Source: an uncultured bacterium (GTDB lineage: Bacteria; T1Sed10-126). Taken from it: a DNA stretch of 42,511 nucleotides. The translations under genes were made by a program, and so were the position numbers. Each line of letters opens with the position of its first letter. The first letter of the stretch is position 1. The notes beneath the pieces are model-generated. The model was given only the letters and a program-made list of their open reading frames with translations, was not told the origin of the DNA and searched no databases. Below are positions 9,015-18,765 of this stretch, in pieces. The DNA is taken from NCBI GenBank assembly GCA_964566495.1, contig CAZMIT010000003.1, positions 1 through 42,511 of the forward strand, in the 5' to 3' direction.

Positions 9015-10380
9015 CTTTCATCTTTCCATTGGTACTACGAACACAATTTCGGCCATCGCTTTTGGCTCTGTATAGAGCTCGATCAGCATCGATTAACAAT
9101 TCGCCCAAACTATTGTCTACACCAGGCACGCAGGTAGCCACGCCGGCACTGATAGTTACCACGTCAGCGGTGTTTGAATAGCTGTGCTGAAGGTGCAAAC
9201 CTCTAACGTTATTGAGCACTTCATTAGCCACATTCTCCGCTCCGGTCGCACCGGTGTAAGGCAGAATAAGCGCGAACTCTTCGCCGCCAATGCGAGCAGC
9301 ACAGTCGGCGGGCCGCCGGGCCCCTCTCGCAATGGTCTGTCCAATTTCATGAAGAATTCTATCCCCCTCCGGGTGACCATAGTGGTCATTGTAATTTTTG
9401 AAGTGATCAATATCAAAGATGATTAGCGAAATTGGCGCGCCTTCGCGGTTCATTCTTTCCCATTCATCTTCAAATTTTCGATCAAATTCTCGCCTGTTAC
9501 CCAGCTCAGTCAGTGAATCCCTACGGCTCAGCTTCTCAAGCGAAAGGTTAGCCGCCCGAAGCTTATTTTCCGTCTGTTCAAGCTTGCGGTTCTTCTCCTG
9601 CAATTTTTCTTCAATTTCCTTCAATTTGGTGATATCCCGACCTGTCGACTGAAATTCAACCAGACGATCACCGTCATATATGGGCGTATCCTTCCACTGA
9701 TACCAGCGGATCTCCCCGCTGGCGCTGACAACTTTATGTTCGTAGGTTAAATTTTTGGGATCTGCTATCAGTTCAGACAGGGTTTCCTTCATCTTTGACT
9801 GCTCAGCTTCCGGAAGAAAGTCAATCCACCGGTATTCACTCAAGTCTCCCTCCAAACCAAACAAGTCGCAGTAATTATCATTGGCAAAAGTTAAAGTCGT
9901 ATCCGGTTTCCAGCGGCAGATAACATCCTGGTGGGCGTCGTGTAGGGTCCGGTAGCGCATCTCACTAGTTCGAAGTTTTTTTTCGATTTCTCTTCTTTCC
10001 GTCACATCACGAAACACCGTAACAAAAAAACCTCTTTTTTCGCTGTAAGCACTAACCTCATACCAAGCGTCCAATGGTTCAGAATACTGTTCAAAATGGA
10101 TGCTGGTGCCGTTTAAGGCCACCTCGCCGTATTTCTTTATCCAGTCAAACTCTGAGTTTTCTATTCCCGGAAAGATTTCCGTGATAGGCCGGCCAAGCAC
10201 CTCGCTCCTTTTTAGCCCGGTTATTTCTTCGAAAGCTTTATTGCAATCCAGCAGCAGATAATCAACCGGCTCGCCAGACTGGTCTGTAATAATCTTGTGA
10301 TATGCAAATGCGTCTGGCATCTTTTCCAGCATCCAGCAAAAGACATCACTGCCCATTTTATAATTTTTCATTTTACTCAC
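9007..10380 (-). CDS. PAS-PAS-GGDEF diguanylate cyclase
   Basis: Two PAS domains, coiled coil, DSLTELGNRR, DIDHFKNYND, RPAD I-site, GGEEF. Confidence 0.95.
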   Translation of the reverse strand: MSKMKNYKMGSDVFCWMLEKMPDAFAYHKIITDQSGEPVDYLLLDCNKAFEEITGLKRSEVLGRPITEIFPGIENSEFDWIKKYGEVALNGTSIHFEQYSEPLDAWYEVSAYSEKRGFFVTVFRDVTERREIEKKLRTSEMRYRTLHDAHQDVICRWKPDTTLTFANDNYCDLFGLEGDLSEYRWIDFLPEAEQSKMKETLSELIADPKNLTYEHKVVSASGEIRWYQWKDTPIYDGDRLVEFQSTGRDITKLKEIEEKLQEKNRKLEQTENKLRAANLSLEKLSRRDSLTELGNRREFDRKFEDEWERMNREGAPISLIIFDIDHFKNYNDHYGHPEGDRILHEIGQTIARGARRPADCAARIGGEEFALILPYTGATGAENVANEVLNNVRGLHLQHSYSNTADVVTISAGVATCVPGVDNSLGELLIDADRALYRAKSDGRNCVRSTNGKMKAI

Positions 10381-10610
10381 TTCCTCTCAATTTTATCCCT
10401 ATAAATATAAGAGCAAGTTCCGGGCCGAAGGGAGCTAAAACCATTTAATTTTGCGGGTGCTGAAGCGAGTGAAAACGTATTTATAGAGACGTTCAAAGTT
10501 GACTTATTAAAGACTAAAAATGGGTCGATTATAACTGGTTACTTTGGTTCCTATTTAGAAAAAGTGGGTATTTGTTTCCCGGTCAGATAATTCACGGTAA
10601 TAAGGCCAGT

Positions 10611-11312
10611 TTAGGTAACTAACAGCCAGTCGAAGACCTTTTTAATAATTTCCGCGGCGGAGTCTTCCGCCACTGGTCCGTGGGCGAGAATCAGACGGCG
10701 CGGTTGATAGGAAAGAATATCATTTATCGCCCTGCGCATAACTTCTCTGTCAAAGACTGTCCAGCGCCAGACTCTTGCGATGTCGTAATGGTTGTAAACA
10801 CCGTGGGGGCGCGCAATCAAGCGCATAAGCAGTGGTCCCCGGGAATAAAAATATTCAATTAAATCGCCAACAATTACCGTTCTCAGGTGCGGTAAGATAA
10901 AAACGTATTCTTTAATGAGGGGGCTTCCGCCAACCGGAATTATTTTTAGTTTTTGGCCGGCAATATTTGGATCGGCATCAAGAGTACCGGCTGGATCAAG
11001 CTCGGGATAGCGGCGGGCCAGGGCTGGCGGCAGGTAAAATTTTGCCTCCTCAAAAAGGTCACGCGCTGATTTTAAATAGCGATAATGCCAGCGGTTTGGA
11101 GAAACAATCCACCTTACTTCACCTCTGGATTTAATAAAATTTAGGTCGGAGTTATTGAGCGGCAGCGGCGAGTGCAGGAGCAAGCCTGGCTCTAGTCGAA
11201 CCAGGGTCATCCGGGCGTGCAGTTGCGTCAGCTTCCAGGGTATCCACTTCTCCCGGGTCCAAATTTTTCCGGCTATCTGTTCAACCCAGGATTGGCTTTC
11301 GCTGGACGGCAA
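10611..11312 (-). CDS. DUF4336-family protein (MBL-like fold)
   Basis: RMTLVRL..GLLLHSP, VRWIVSPNRWH, LILAHG. Confidence 0.8.
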   Translation of the reverse strand: MPSSESQSWVEQIAGKIWTREKWIPWKLTQLHARMTLVRLEPGLLLHSPLPLNNSDLNFIKSRGEVRWIVSPNRWHYRYLKSARDLFEEAKFYLPPALARRYPELDPAGTLDADPNIAGQKLKIIPVGGSPLIKEYVFILPHLRTVIVGDLIEYFYSRGPLLMRLIARPHGVYNHYDIARVWRWTVFDREVMRRAINDILSYQPRRLILAHGPVAEDSAAEIIKKVFDWLLVT

Positions 11313-11318
11313 TCCTAT

Positions 11319-12173
11319 CTACTCCCCACCATCCACCCCGATTATACGATCAACCCTAAAGGTGCGCTGCGCACCGGACCGGTGACAGTGAGCAATCAGG
11401 TAATCACGCTCGTTGTTTCGCGTCGCTTTCAGGGGGGTAATTTTGCGAGTTGAGCGGCGGCCTCCGGCGCTCTGATATTCTATTTTCAAGGGGCGGCGAG
11501 TAGCCAGGGCTTCGTTAATTGGAAGCGGTAAAGAACGGGGAGAATCCGGTTTGGTGACCTTAACTTCGCCGCCCTGTTTTTCTAACAATTCCCCCAGGTC
11601 CTGCACTCCCCGTTCAATTAATTGGGCAAGCAAATGTGCCCAGATATCAGCCAGCGCCTGAACATCGTCCAGTGCCCGATGAGTTGGTCTGTCAACTCCC
11701 AGTGTGGCGGCGATATTTTCGAGCGCGTTGCTGGCAAAATCAAATTGCCTCCGAGCAAGCGCACAACTGTCCAGCACGGGGACATTTGGGAAGGCCTCGC
11801 CGGCAAGCTCCAGTTCGGCCGCCAGAAACTTCATATCAAATGGGGCGTGGTGAGCAACCAGTGGGCGACCAGAAATTAGTTCGAGGAGCGGCTCGGTAAT
11901 TTCTTCAAAAAATGGTTTACCTTCAACCATATCTCTTGTTATTCCGTTGACGGCCCGAGCTCCCGGTGAAATTTCTCGCCGCGGATCAATTAGCTGCTGA
12001 TAACTTTCAACCGGTCGATAGTCCAACTGCTTGTCGTTATTTTCCATTTCAATTACAAGCAGTCCAAGCTCACAAACCCGGTGACCGTAGGCCGGTGAGC
12101 TACCGGTAGTCTCAAAGTCAAGCAGGGCGTATTCGATTTTTTCCGGTGCTCTGGATAATAAATTATCACTCAT
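11319..12173 (-). CDS. DEDDh 3'-5' exonuclease (DnaQ-like) fused to a C-terminal WYL domain
   Basis: DFETTG, HHAPFD, HRALDD; C-terminal IEYQS....RKITP...YLIAHCH....RTFRVDRI. Confidence 0.9.
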   Translation of the reverse strand: MSDNLLSRAPEKIEYALLDFETTGSSPAYGHRVCELGLLVIEMENNDKQLDYRPVESYQQLIDPRREISPGARAVNGITRDMVEGKPFFEEITEPLLELISGRPLVAHHAPFDMKFLAAELELAGEAFPNVPVLDSCALARRQFDFASNALENIAATLGVDRPTHRALDDVQALADIWAHLLAQLIERGVQDLGELLEKQGGEVKVTKPDSPRSLPLPINEALATRRPLKIEYQSAGGRRSTRKITPLKATRNNERDYLIAHCHRSGAQRTFRVDRIIGVDGGE

Positions 12174-13233
12174 TGTTTACTACCTCATCCGCTTTTTCGC
12201 CATACAAATCATCAATCATGGTAGAAACTATTTTATCCGCCGCTGCCGTCTTCATTTCAGCTGGCAAATCATAGCCTGCTGTTATTTCCGCTTGCCGGCG
12301 GGTCAACTCCACCAGCTGGTTGCTATCGCTGTTTTCTACTACTCGGGCCGGACCAATACCAGCCAGCCAGCCGGCGTTGTAATGCTGATGTGAATCGGCC
12401 GCCGAGCCAAACGGAAACAGTAGCGCCGGTACGTTATAGACCGCCAGTTCACTAACAGTCCCGGCGCCCGCTCGACTCCATACACAGGTGGCACAGGACA
12501 TGATCGCCGGCAACTGGTTAGTAAACTCGACCTGCCGGAAACCATCATAATTTTCAAACCTGCCGCTCAAATCACGACCAAACTTACCGGCCACGTAATA
12601 TATCTTCCACCCCTCCTCAAGAAGTTCGCCTCCTGTTTTTGAGAGATGTTCTGAAAGTTCCAACGACCCCTGGGAACCGCCAATCACGACCAGTAATTGA
12701 TTGTCTTTAAACCAGGGGTCGGGAATAGTTTCCACCGGACGAGTCGGGTTACCGGTTAAATACCAGCTCTGTTCGCTGCCCCGCTTGAGCGGAGGCAGGC
12801 CATAGAAGACCGCCCGGGCAAAATTACTGAACAGAAGAGTCGTTTTGCCGGGGATACGATTCTGTTCCTGCAGATAAATTGGTTTGCGAGCATAAAGTGC
12901 CGAAGCAATTACAGGGACCGATGAATACCCCCCGAAAGCAAGCAGAGCGTCGTATTCACGAATCTGTTTGCGAAGACGAAAAAAATGATGCGAAAGCTCC
13001 TGCAGTCCCTGAATTTTTGCTAATAAGTCCACTGCCGGCCAATTTTTAATTCGCAGACGGCTGTATTCTCCTTCATAATTGTTTAATAGAGGATGAGATG
13101 CGGGGGCGGATGAAAATAGACAGGTATTAATACCGTAATGCTGAAACTGCCGGGCGGTTAATATTGCCGGTAGCAAATGACCACCGGTAGGACCAGAGGC
13201 AAGCGCCAGCTCCACAGCGCTGCCGGAACTCAA
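12166..13233 (-). CDS. murG: MurG-like undecaprenyl-PP-MurNAc-pentapeptide GlcNAc transferase (GT28)
   Basis: GPTGGH, FGGYSSVP, QEQNRIPG, TGNP.R, GGSQGS, SRAGAGTVSE, HQHYNA. Confidence 0.85.
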   Translation of the reverse strand: MSSGSAVELALASGPTGGHLLPAILTARQFQHYGINTCLFSSAPASHPLLNNYEGEYSRLRIKNWPAVDLLAKIQGLQELSHHFFRLRKQIREYDALLAFGGYSSVPVIASALYARKPIYLQEQNRIPGKTTLLFSNFARAVFYGLPPLKRGSEQSWYLTGNPTRPVETIPDPWFKDNQLLVVIGGSQGSLELSEHLSKTGGELLEEGWKIYYVAGKFGRDLSGRFENYDGFRQVEFTNQLPAIMSCATCVWSRAGAGTVSELAVYNVPALLFPFGSAADSHQHYNAGWLAGIGPARVVENSDSNQLVELTRRQAEITAGYDLPAEMKTAAADKIVSTMIDDLYGEKADEVVNNE

Positions 13234-14714
13234 AGCTCTTCGTTAATTATGGTCCTGGCCTGCTGAGCCCAGGCACTGCCGGGAGCAGCGTTTACAGAGC
13301 GCATCAACTCAAAAAATGCCCGGTCGTCAGCGCCCATGTTCAAGAGGCGGCGACCTCGTATTAAAAACCAGCGGGACTCATTTTCGTCTTCCGCATGCTC
13401 GTTCAACCAGTTCCCCCAGCGCGCCAGGAATTGTTCTAACTCGGCCCTCTGGTCGGCCTCCAGGAGTATCTCCGCTTTAAGTAATAATCGCTCCGGGTCC
13501 GGGTCTTCAGCCATCTCAATTGACCGGCTTACATGTTCAAGTGCCGGAATCGGCTCACCGCTCAACCGCCAGTAAGCCTGGGCGGCAAGATAATGGTCAA
13601 CCGCCGTTGGGTCTTCCTGAAGCAGCGGATGCAAATTGTTTAGAGCAACGTCGTATTTGCTTTCACTTATGGCTTGCCGGGCCCGAGCACGCAGTGATTC
13701 TTCCCGTTCATCCAGGGCCGCGACGGCCGTGTCTGTTAATTCAACTTCGCGGGCAATATCGGTTAACCGCCCTTCCCGGACAAGGGAAACGATTTCCTGT
13801 GATATTGCCTCGGTCAAGCGCTGGTTCTGCCTGGTTAAAAGTTCATTCTCGTCCTCAAGCTCCGCCAGCCTGGACTGATACTCAGTCAGCCGTTCTGCCA
13901 GCTCCCTATTTTGAGCTGAAGTAGACTCCAATCTTTCGAGCAATTCCCGATTACGGCGGCGCAGCTCATCCAGTCGCTCTTCCACCCGGGCGGCTATCTC
14001 ATCCCTTAAAATTTCCGGGCGCGGAATTTCTTCAAGCTGTCTCTCTAAGTCTTCGACTTTTTGCCGACTGGCCTCATACTGTTCCTCCAGCCTCATTTCC
14101 CGCCGTTTGAGCCGTTCCAGCTCAGCAATTAGCTGACGGCGCAACTCAGGGTCCTCGGCCAGTGCCTGCTCCGGATCAGGGGGTATCTCTTCGGTTGGCG
14201 GCTCCTCTTCCGGTGGATCATCGGGCGGTTCGGGAACTTCAGGATCAGGTTCTGGCTCTGGTTCCGGGGTAGGATCTATCAATTCAGAAAATTCTTCCTG
14301 AACTACTGAATAGATGGGATGGTCTGGATGATTAGATTCAAAACGTCGGATAAGTTCCTCTGCCTCACGCAGGTCGTCCTCAAGCAGAGCTATTTCAATC
14401 TTACTGAAAAGAGCAAATCCACGGGCCAGTTGATCCGGATGATTTTCGCTGACAGTAGTAAAATACTGACGCGCTTCCCCCAGCCGGCCCTTTTCAAAAT
14501 TAATCTCGCCCAGCGATTCTTTGGCATCGTAGCGCAGGGTATCGTCGGGCTCGCTGTCAATTACTGCTTGATATAGTTCCGCCGCCTCATCTAACTCGCC
14601 AGCTTCTAATAACTGATCTGCTTCAAGAAACATAGTTCCGGGGTCATCTGCCCTTAAGGGCAGACCCATGAACAGAAACAAACATGCGACAGAAAATATA
14701 GTTATTTTTTTCAA
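13230..14714 (-). CDS. Secreted TPR protein with Pro/Glu linker and coiled coil
   Basis: Signal peptide, N- and C-terminal TPR-like helices, PTPEPEPEPDPEVPEPPDDPP linker, heptad-rich middle region. Confidence 0.8.
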   Translation of the reverse strand: MKKITIFSVACLFLFMGLPLRADDPGTMFLEADQLLEAGELDEAAELYQAVIDSEPDDTLRYDAKESLGEINFEKGRLGEARQYFTTVSENHPDQLARGFALFSKIEIALLEDDLREAEELIRRFESNHPDHPIYSVVQEEFSELIDPTPEPEPEPDPEVPEPPDDPPEEEPPTEEIPPDPEQALAEDPELRRQLIAELERLKRREMRLEEQYEASRQKVEDLERQLEEIPRPEILRDEIAARVEERLDELRRRNRELLERLESTSAQNRELAERLTEYQSRLAELEDENELLTRQNQRLTEAISQEIVSLVREGRLTDIAREVELTDTAVAALDEREESLRARARQAISESKYDVALNNLHPLLQEDPTAVDHYLAAQAYWRLSGEPIPALEHVSRSIEMAEDPDPERLLLKAEILLEADQRAELEQFLARWGNWLNEHAEDENESRWFLIRGRRLLNMGADDRAFFELMRSVNAAPGSAWAQQARTIINEEL

Positions 14715-14815
14715 GGCAGACTCGCCCTCCTTTTTGTATATTTTAGCATAAAATTCAAAAATTCTGAAATTTTCACCTGTTCAGGAAGGAAAGAAAGAAT
14801 TAATGGGGAGATTAT

Positions 14816-15013
14816 TCACTCGGTAAGAATGGTCGTTTTTTTATCGAAGGACTTGCGAAAGTCGTCAGCGCGCAAACTCACCCACATGCGGGCCGCCTTC
14901 TCGCTATCGACTGACATAACCAGTTTATTTTCGAGCTCTTTCTTAAAGGTAAACACCTGGTTGATTTGAGCTCTCATAAATTTCTCGAATTCCCGTCCAG
15001 AATCGTCCTCCAC
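14816..15013 (-). CDS. Small hypothetical protein (65 aa)
   Basis: GTG start preceded by AAGGGAG; fills an otherwise empty gap; helical amphipathic sequence. Confidence 0.65.
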   Translation of the reverse strand: MEDDSGREFEKFMRAQINQVFTFKKELENKLVMSVDSEKAARMWVSLRADDFRKSFDKKTTILTE

Positions 15014-15201
15014 CTTAACCAGCTCCCTTCGATAAAAGCTTTAGTACAATTATCGACGGTAAGCCGGTTAAAGTTCAGTCGTATTATTCACTTTTATAAA
15101 TTATTCGCTCAACGCCAAAGGCTCTGTTGAAATCCTTTTTACTATTTTAGGAAGCAGTTTTGCAGTTTCTCCGTTCTGAGAACCAAGCACTCAGATTATT
15201 A

Positions 15202-16290
15202 CTACAATAACTCGTCCATATCTGCACCTTTAAGCTTATTAACGAGCTTCTTTACTTCCTCCGCTCGATTACGGTCACATACAAGCACAGCGTCATCAGT
15301 TGTAACAACAATCAAGTCTTCCGCGCCAACACAACCGATGAAGGGTCCCTCGGCAGAAACAATTATATTGTCAGTTCCATCCACTATCTCACAGTCACCA
15401 AAGACCACGTTCCCCGCGTCATCCCTCTCAAAGAGATTTTCCAGGGCATCCCAGGTCCCCAGGTCCAACCAGTCAAAATCAACCGGTAGCGTCCATACAC
15501 GGCTGGATTTTTCAAGAATCCCGTAGTCGATCGAGGTCTGGGGAAGCGTTGAGTAGTGACTTTCAGCCGCCTTTTCCCAGCTCCGGCTCTGCTGCCAATC
15601 ATCCCGGATTTTTTCCAGGCCCTCACTCAGTCCGGGCATATACTCTTCTATTTCAGCTAATATCCGCCGCGCTGTCCAGAAAAACATGCCGCTGTTCCAG
15701 AGATAATCACCGGCTTCAATAAATTGGCGAGCTAATTTTTTGTCAGGCTTCTCAGTAAATTTTTTAACTGCAAAGACCTTTTTCTGGGAAAATTCTCGAC
15801 TTTCTGATTCGTCATAATTGATATAGCCGTAACCTGTTGAGGCAAAGGCAGGGCGAATTCCAAACGTCACCAGTCCGTCAAGCTCAGTGGCGGCCTGGCT
15901 GGCCGCTTCGACCGCAGTGATAAATTTCTCTCGCGGACTAATACGGTGATCGGCCGGAAAGACTCCAATTACTGTCTCGGGCCCCAGCTCTTCGCGTGCG
16001 ATCAGCCCGGCCCAGCCGGCACAGGCGGCAGTGTCCCTCCCTTCTGGCTCGCCAATAACATTTTCTGGCGGCAGGTCTCCACAGGCCTCACGCACCGGTT
16101 GACGGTGTTCCCGCGAAGTAATCACGTATATATTTTCAAGATTATAAACGTGACGCAGACGGCGGATAGTATTTTCAAGCATGGTTCGATCGTCCTCGAG
16201 GCTTATCACCTGCTTGGGCCGATCGCTGCGCGACATCGGCCAGAACCGCGTCCCGGTTCCTCCGGCCATTATCACAGCCAGCTTATCCAT
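15202..16290 (-). CDS. manC: Mannose-1-phosphate guanylyltransferase
   Basis: VIMAGGTGTRFWPMSR..PKQ, EP.GRDTA, PADH, TGYGYI, FTEKPD, WNSGMF, W.DLGTW. ATG at 16290 follows GGAGGAG. Confidence 0.93.
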   Translation of the reverse strand: MDKLAVIMAGGTGTRFWPMSRSDRPKQVISLEDDRTMLENTIRRLRHVYNLENIYVITSREHRQPVREACGDLPPENVIGEPEGRDTAACAGWAGLIAREELGPETVIGVFPADHRISPREKFITAVEAASQAATELDGLVTFGIRPAFASTGYGYINYDESESREFSQKKVFAVKKFTEKPDKKLARQFIEAGDYLWNSGMFFWTARRILAEIEEYMPGLSEGLEKIRDDWQQSRSWEKAAESHYSTLPQTSIDYGILEKSSRVWTLPVDFDWLDLGTWDALENLFERDDAGNVVFGDCEIVDGTDNIIVSAEGPFIGCVGAEDLIVVTTDDAVLVCDRNRAEEVKKLVNKLKGADMDELL

Positions 16291-16711
16291 CGTTATCTCC
16301 TCCTTCATATTCCTGGAGATATTGCTCCAGGATCTGCTCGTGGTCAAAGGCAAGCTCCGGTATGCGTCGGTCGGGACTCCAGACCTGTGCTTCTTTTACA
16401 TCTGTAGCCGCTTTTAATTTACCCTTTCCCTCGGCGGTAAAACAGACCGTTACAACGTGCTTACGCGGATCACGCTCCGGCCGCGAAAAAACTTTCCACT
16501 GCTTGATGTCTTCCAGCTCCAGTCCGGTCTCCTCACGCACTTCCCGTTCCACTGCTGTCTCAACGCTCTCCCCGTATTCCACAAAACCTCCGGGCAGTGC
16601 CCAGCCAAGCGGAGGATTTTTTCGTTTAACAAGAACTATCCCCTCTTCATAACGGATAATTGCATCAACCGCAAGATAGGGGTTGTGTGGGGTGAAATTC
16701 TTGGAACTCAT
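16283..16711 (-). CDS. NUDIX hydrolase
   Basis: Nudix box GGFVEYGESVETAVEREVREETGL, RDPR, LAFDH. ATG at 16711 follows AAGGAG. Confidence 0.93.
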   Translation of the reverse strand: MSSKNFTPHNPYLAVDAIIRYEEGIVLVKRKNPPLGWALPGGFVEYGESVETAVEREVREETGLELEDIKQWKVFSRPERDPRKHVVTVCFTAEGKGKLKAATDVKEAQVWSPDRRIPELAFDHEQILEQYLQEYEGGDNDG

Positions 16712-16805
16712 GGTAGAGTCTCCTTTCAACCACTGAAATAAAAATCTTTGGCTATAGCAATTATTTTAACAGATAAGGTGGATGGTAAAAGGAAAGTGAG
16801 TGAAG

Positions 16806-16879
16806 TCGGGACGGCCGGATTTGAACCGGCGACCTCGCGCCCCCCAGGCGCGCGCGCTACCAAGCTACGCCACGTCCCG
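16806..16879 (-). tRNA. tRNA-Pro(GGG)
   Basis: Reverse complement CGGGACGTGGCGTAGCTTGGTAGCG-CGCGC CTGGGGG GCGCG-AGGTCGCCGGTTCAAATCCGGCCGTCCCGA folds as a cloverleaf; no encoded CCA. Confidence 0.97.
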
Positions 16880-16964
16880 TTAAAATTGAGGAACAATATT
16901 ATAAGTGAAAAGAATTAAATTTAAAAGAACAACGACCATTATCCCAGAACCTTCCCTCGGTTTC

Positions 16965-17046
16965 GTCATTGCCGGGCTTGACCCGGCAATCCATCTTCTT
17001 TACCCCCCTTTCTTTTTCCCCCTTCAAGGGGGAAAAAGAAAGGGGG
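16965..17046. repeat. Partial REPIN-like repeat
   Basis: GTCATTGCCGGGCTTGACCCGGCAATCC followed by the CCCCCCTTT...CCCCCTTCAAGGGGG...AAAGGGGG hairpin, as at 1907. Confidence 0.88.
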
Positions 17047-17073
17047 CATGAGGTTGGAAGATTTTTCCCTTAT

Positions 17074-17430
17074 CTAAAGTTCGCGCTCCACGAACTGGTT
17101 TATCTGTTCCAGCGCCTCCTTACAAATTTTCTTTATTTCAGCCGGGGCCTCCAGCAACTCCGGCTGCTTCTCCCACAACTTGAGTTTTTGCCGGGCCCCC
17201 TCCGTAGTATATTTCTCTTCGTGAAGTAAATGTTTAACTCGGCTCAGAAACTCCAGCTCCTCCACTCGATAGCGGCGCTGCCCACCGGGGGTCTTCTGGG
17301 GCTCAAGCTGTTCAAACTCCTCCTCCCAGTAACGCAGAGTATGCGTCTCAACGTCGAGTAACTCAGCAACCTCTCCAATCGAATAGTAAAGCCGATCGTC
17401 GGGCAGCTCAAGATTATCCATCTGCTTCAT
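17074..17430 (-). CDS. MerR-family HTH transcriptional regulator
   Basis: YYSIGEVAELLDVETHTLRYWEEEF..L.P.KT.GGQRRY. Start at 17430 (after GAGG) or 17421. The IHF-MerR-tRNA-Pro gene order is known from other bacteria. Confidence 0.92.
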   Translation of the reverse strand: MKQMDNLELPDDRLYYSIGEVAELLDVETHTLRYWEEEFEQLEPQKTPGGQRRYRVEELEFLSRVKHLLHEEKYTTEGARQKLKLWEKQPELLEAPAEIKKICKEALEQINQFVEREL

Positions 17431-17710
17431 TGGTTTCCTCGTTAAACCGGTCAGTAAAATTATCGCTTGCTTTGTAGTGCACCACGCTTCGCTCCGGAAT
17501 ATGATGAAGCTCACCCGTCTCCGGGTTTTTCATCCGGCGGGCGCTATGTTTTCGAATTTCGAAGCGGCCAAAATTTTCTATTTTTACCGGCTCACAGTCA
17601 CTTAATTTCTCCTCGATCTCGCCGCAAATCTTTTCGATTATGCTCCTTGCCGTTTTTTGAGTCACACCAATCTCAGCAATTTCCTGAATTAAACGTTTTT
17701 TAGTCGACAT
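17414..17710 (-). CDS. HU/IHF family DNA-binding protein
   Basis: VKIENFGRFEIRKHSARRMKNPETGE...VVHYKAS. Confidence 0.92.
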   Translation of the reverse strand: MSTKKRLIQEIAEIGVTQKTARSIIEKICGEIEEKLSDCEPVKIENFGRFEIRKHSARRMKNPETGELHHIPERSVVHYKASDNFTDRFNEETNEADG

Positions 17711-18716
17711 CTTCAAACTCTGCCTTCGCTCGCCGGGTCATCAATTCTTTTACGGCTTCGGAGGGGCTTAACTCGCCAGCAAGCACAGCCTCAACGGTTT
17801 TGAATAGCGGCGCTCGCAGGCCACCACTCCGAACCCGCTGCATTGCCAGCCTGGTAGCGTTAATTCCTTCAACCACCTGACCAATCTTACTTTTGGCTTC
17901 TTGAAGACTTAGTCCCCGGGCCAGATACTGGCCGCACTGATAATTACGAGAGAGCTCACTGGTGGCAGTCACTATCAGGTCTCCCAGTCCGGACAGCCCA
18001 TAAAGCGTGCGTCGTTGTGCCCCCTCGAATTCTGAAACTTCACGAAGGTCGTTCATCCCCCTGGTGATCAGGGCCGCACGGGCATTAACTCCAAAACCAA
18101 GCCCGTCAGCCACACCGGCCGCCAGGGCTATTATATTTTTAAGAGCACCACCCATCTCCAGACCGATTAAATCGTCATTAGTATAAACACGAAAATAGTC
18201 CCGGAATAACAAAGACTGCATACGTTCACGGCCGGCGTTATCGGCGCCGCCAAGTGTCACCGTGGTTGGACGTTCACGGGCTACCTCACGGGCATGTGAA
18301 GGTCCGGTAAGTAAATAATAATTGTCTAGGCTGCCAAATATACGACTATAAACTTCACTCAAGCGTTTCCCAGTCTCCGGGTCAAACCCCTTGCTGAGCA
18401 CAAGCACGCTGTCAAAATCCCTTTCTTCTTCCTCTAACTTCTCAATTACCGAAGCGAAAGCGTGCGAAGGAACGGCAACAATTAGAAGCTCACTGTCTTT
18501 TACCGCAGCACTGAATTTTTTCTCCACTGTCACGTTTGCCGGAAGCGACTGACCGGGTAAATATTGCTTGTTTTCACCAGTTTCGGCTATTGTCTCCAGA
18601 AGTGGCTCCTGAATATCCCAGAGCACAACCTCCTCCCTCTCCCCCAGCAACTTCCCTATCGCTGTTCCCCAGCTCCCGGCGCCAAGCACACAAACACGCA
18701 TAATCAACACCATCAT
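17700..18716 (-). CDS. gpsA: NAD(P)H-dependent glycerol-3-phosphate dehydrogenase
   Basis: GAGSWGTA, AVPSH, GPSHA.EV, GGALKNIIA, GLSGLGDLIVT, SRNY. Confidence 0.96.
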   Translation of the reverse strand: MMVLIMRVCVLGAGSWGTAIGKLLGEREEVVLWDIQEPLLETIAETGENKQYLPGQSLPANVTVEKKFSAAVKDSELLIVAVPSHAFASVIEKLEEEERDFDSVLVLSKGFDPETGKRLSEVYSRIFGSLDNYYLLTGPSHAREVARERPTTVTLGGADNAGRERMQSLLFRDYFRVYTNDDLIGLEMGGALKNIIALAAGVADGLGFGVNARAALITRGMNDLREVSEFEGAQRRTLYGLSGLGDLIVTATSELSRNYQCGQYLARGLSLQEAKSKIGQVVEGINATRLAMQRVRSGGLRAPLFKTVEAVLAGELSPSEAVKELMTRRAKAEFEDVD

Positions 18717-18765
18717 TTCTTAGTTGATTCAAAACATACCGCTCACGTTCACTGCTGAAGCCATA

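Noticed and set aside
10410..10470. c-di-GMP riboswitch near the PAS-GGDEF gene
   Set aside because: No convincing GEMM P1/P2 pairing or GCAAA/GNRA arrangement, and the partial resemblance is on the wrong strand.
15120..15135. IS5-like terminal repeat GGCTCTGTTGAAA
   Set aside because: No partner inverted repeat or transposase was found.
16969..17229. Short ORFs here and at 32394-32597 and 42241-42423
   Set aside because: They are translations of intergenic repeats.
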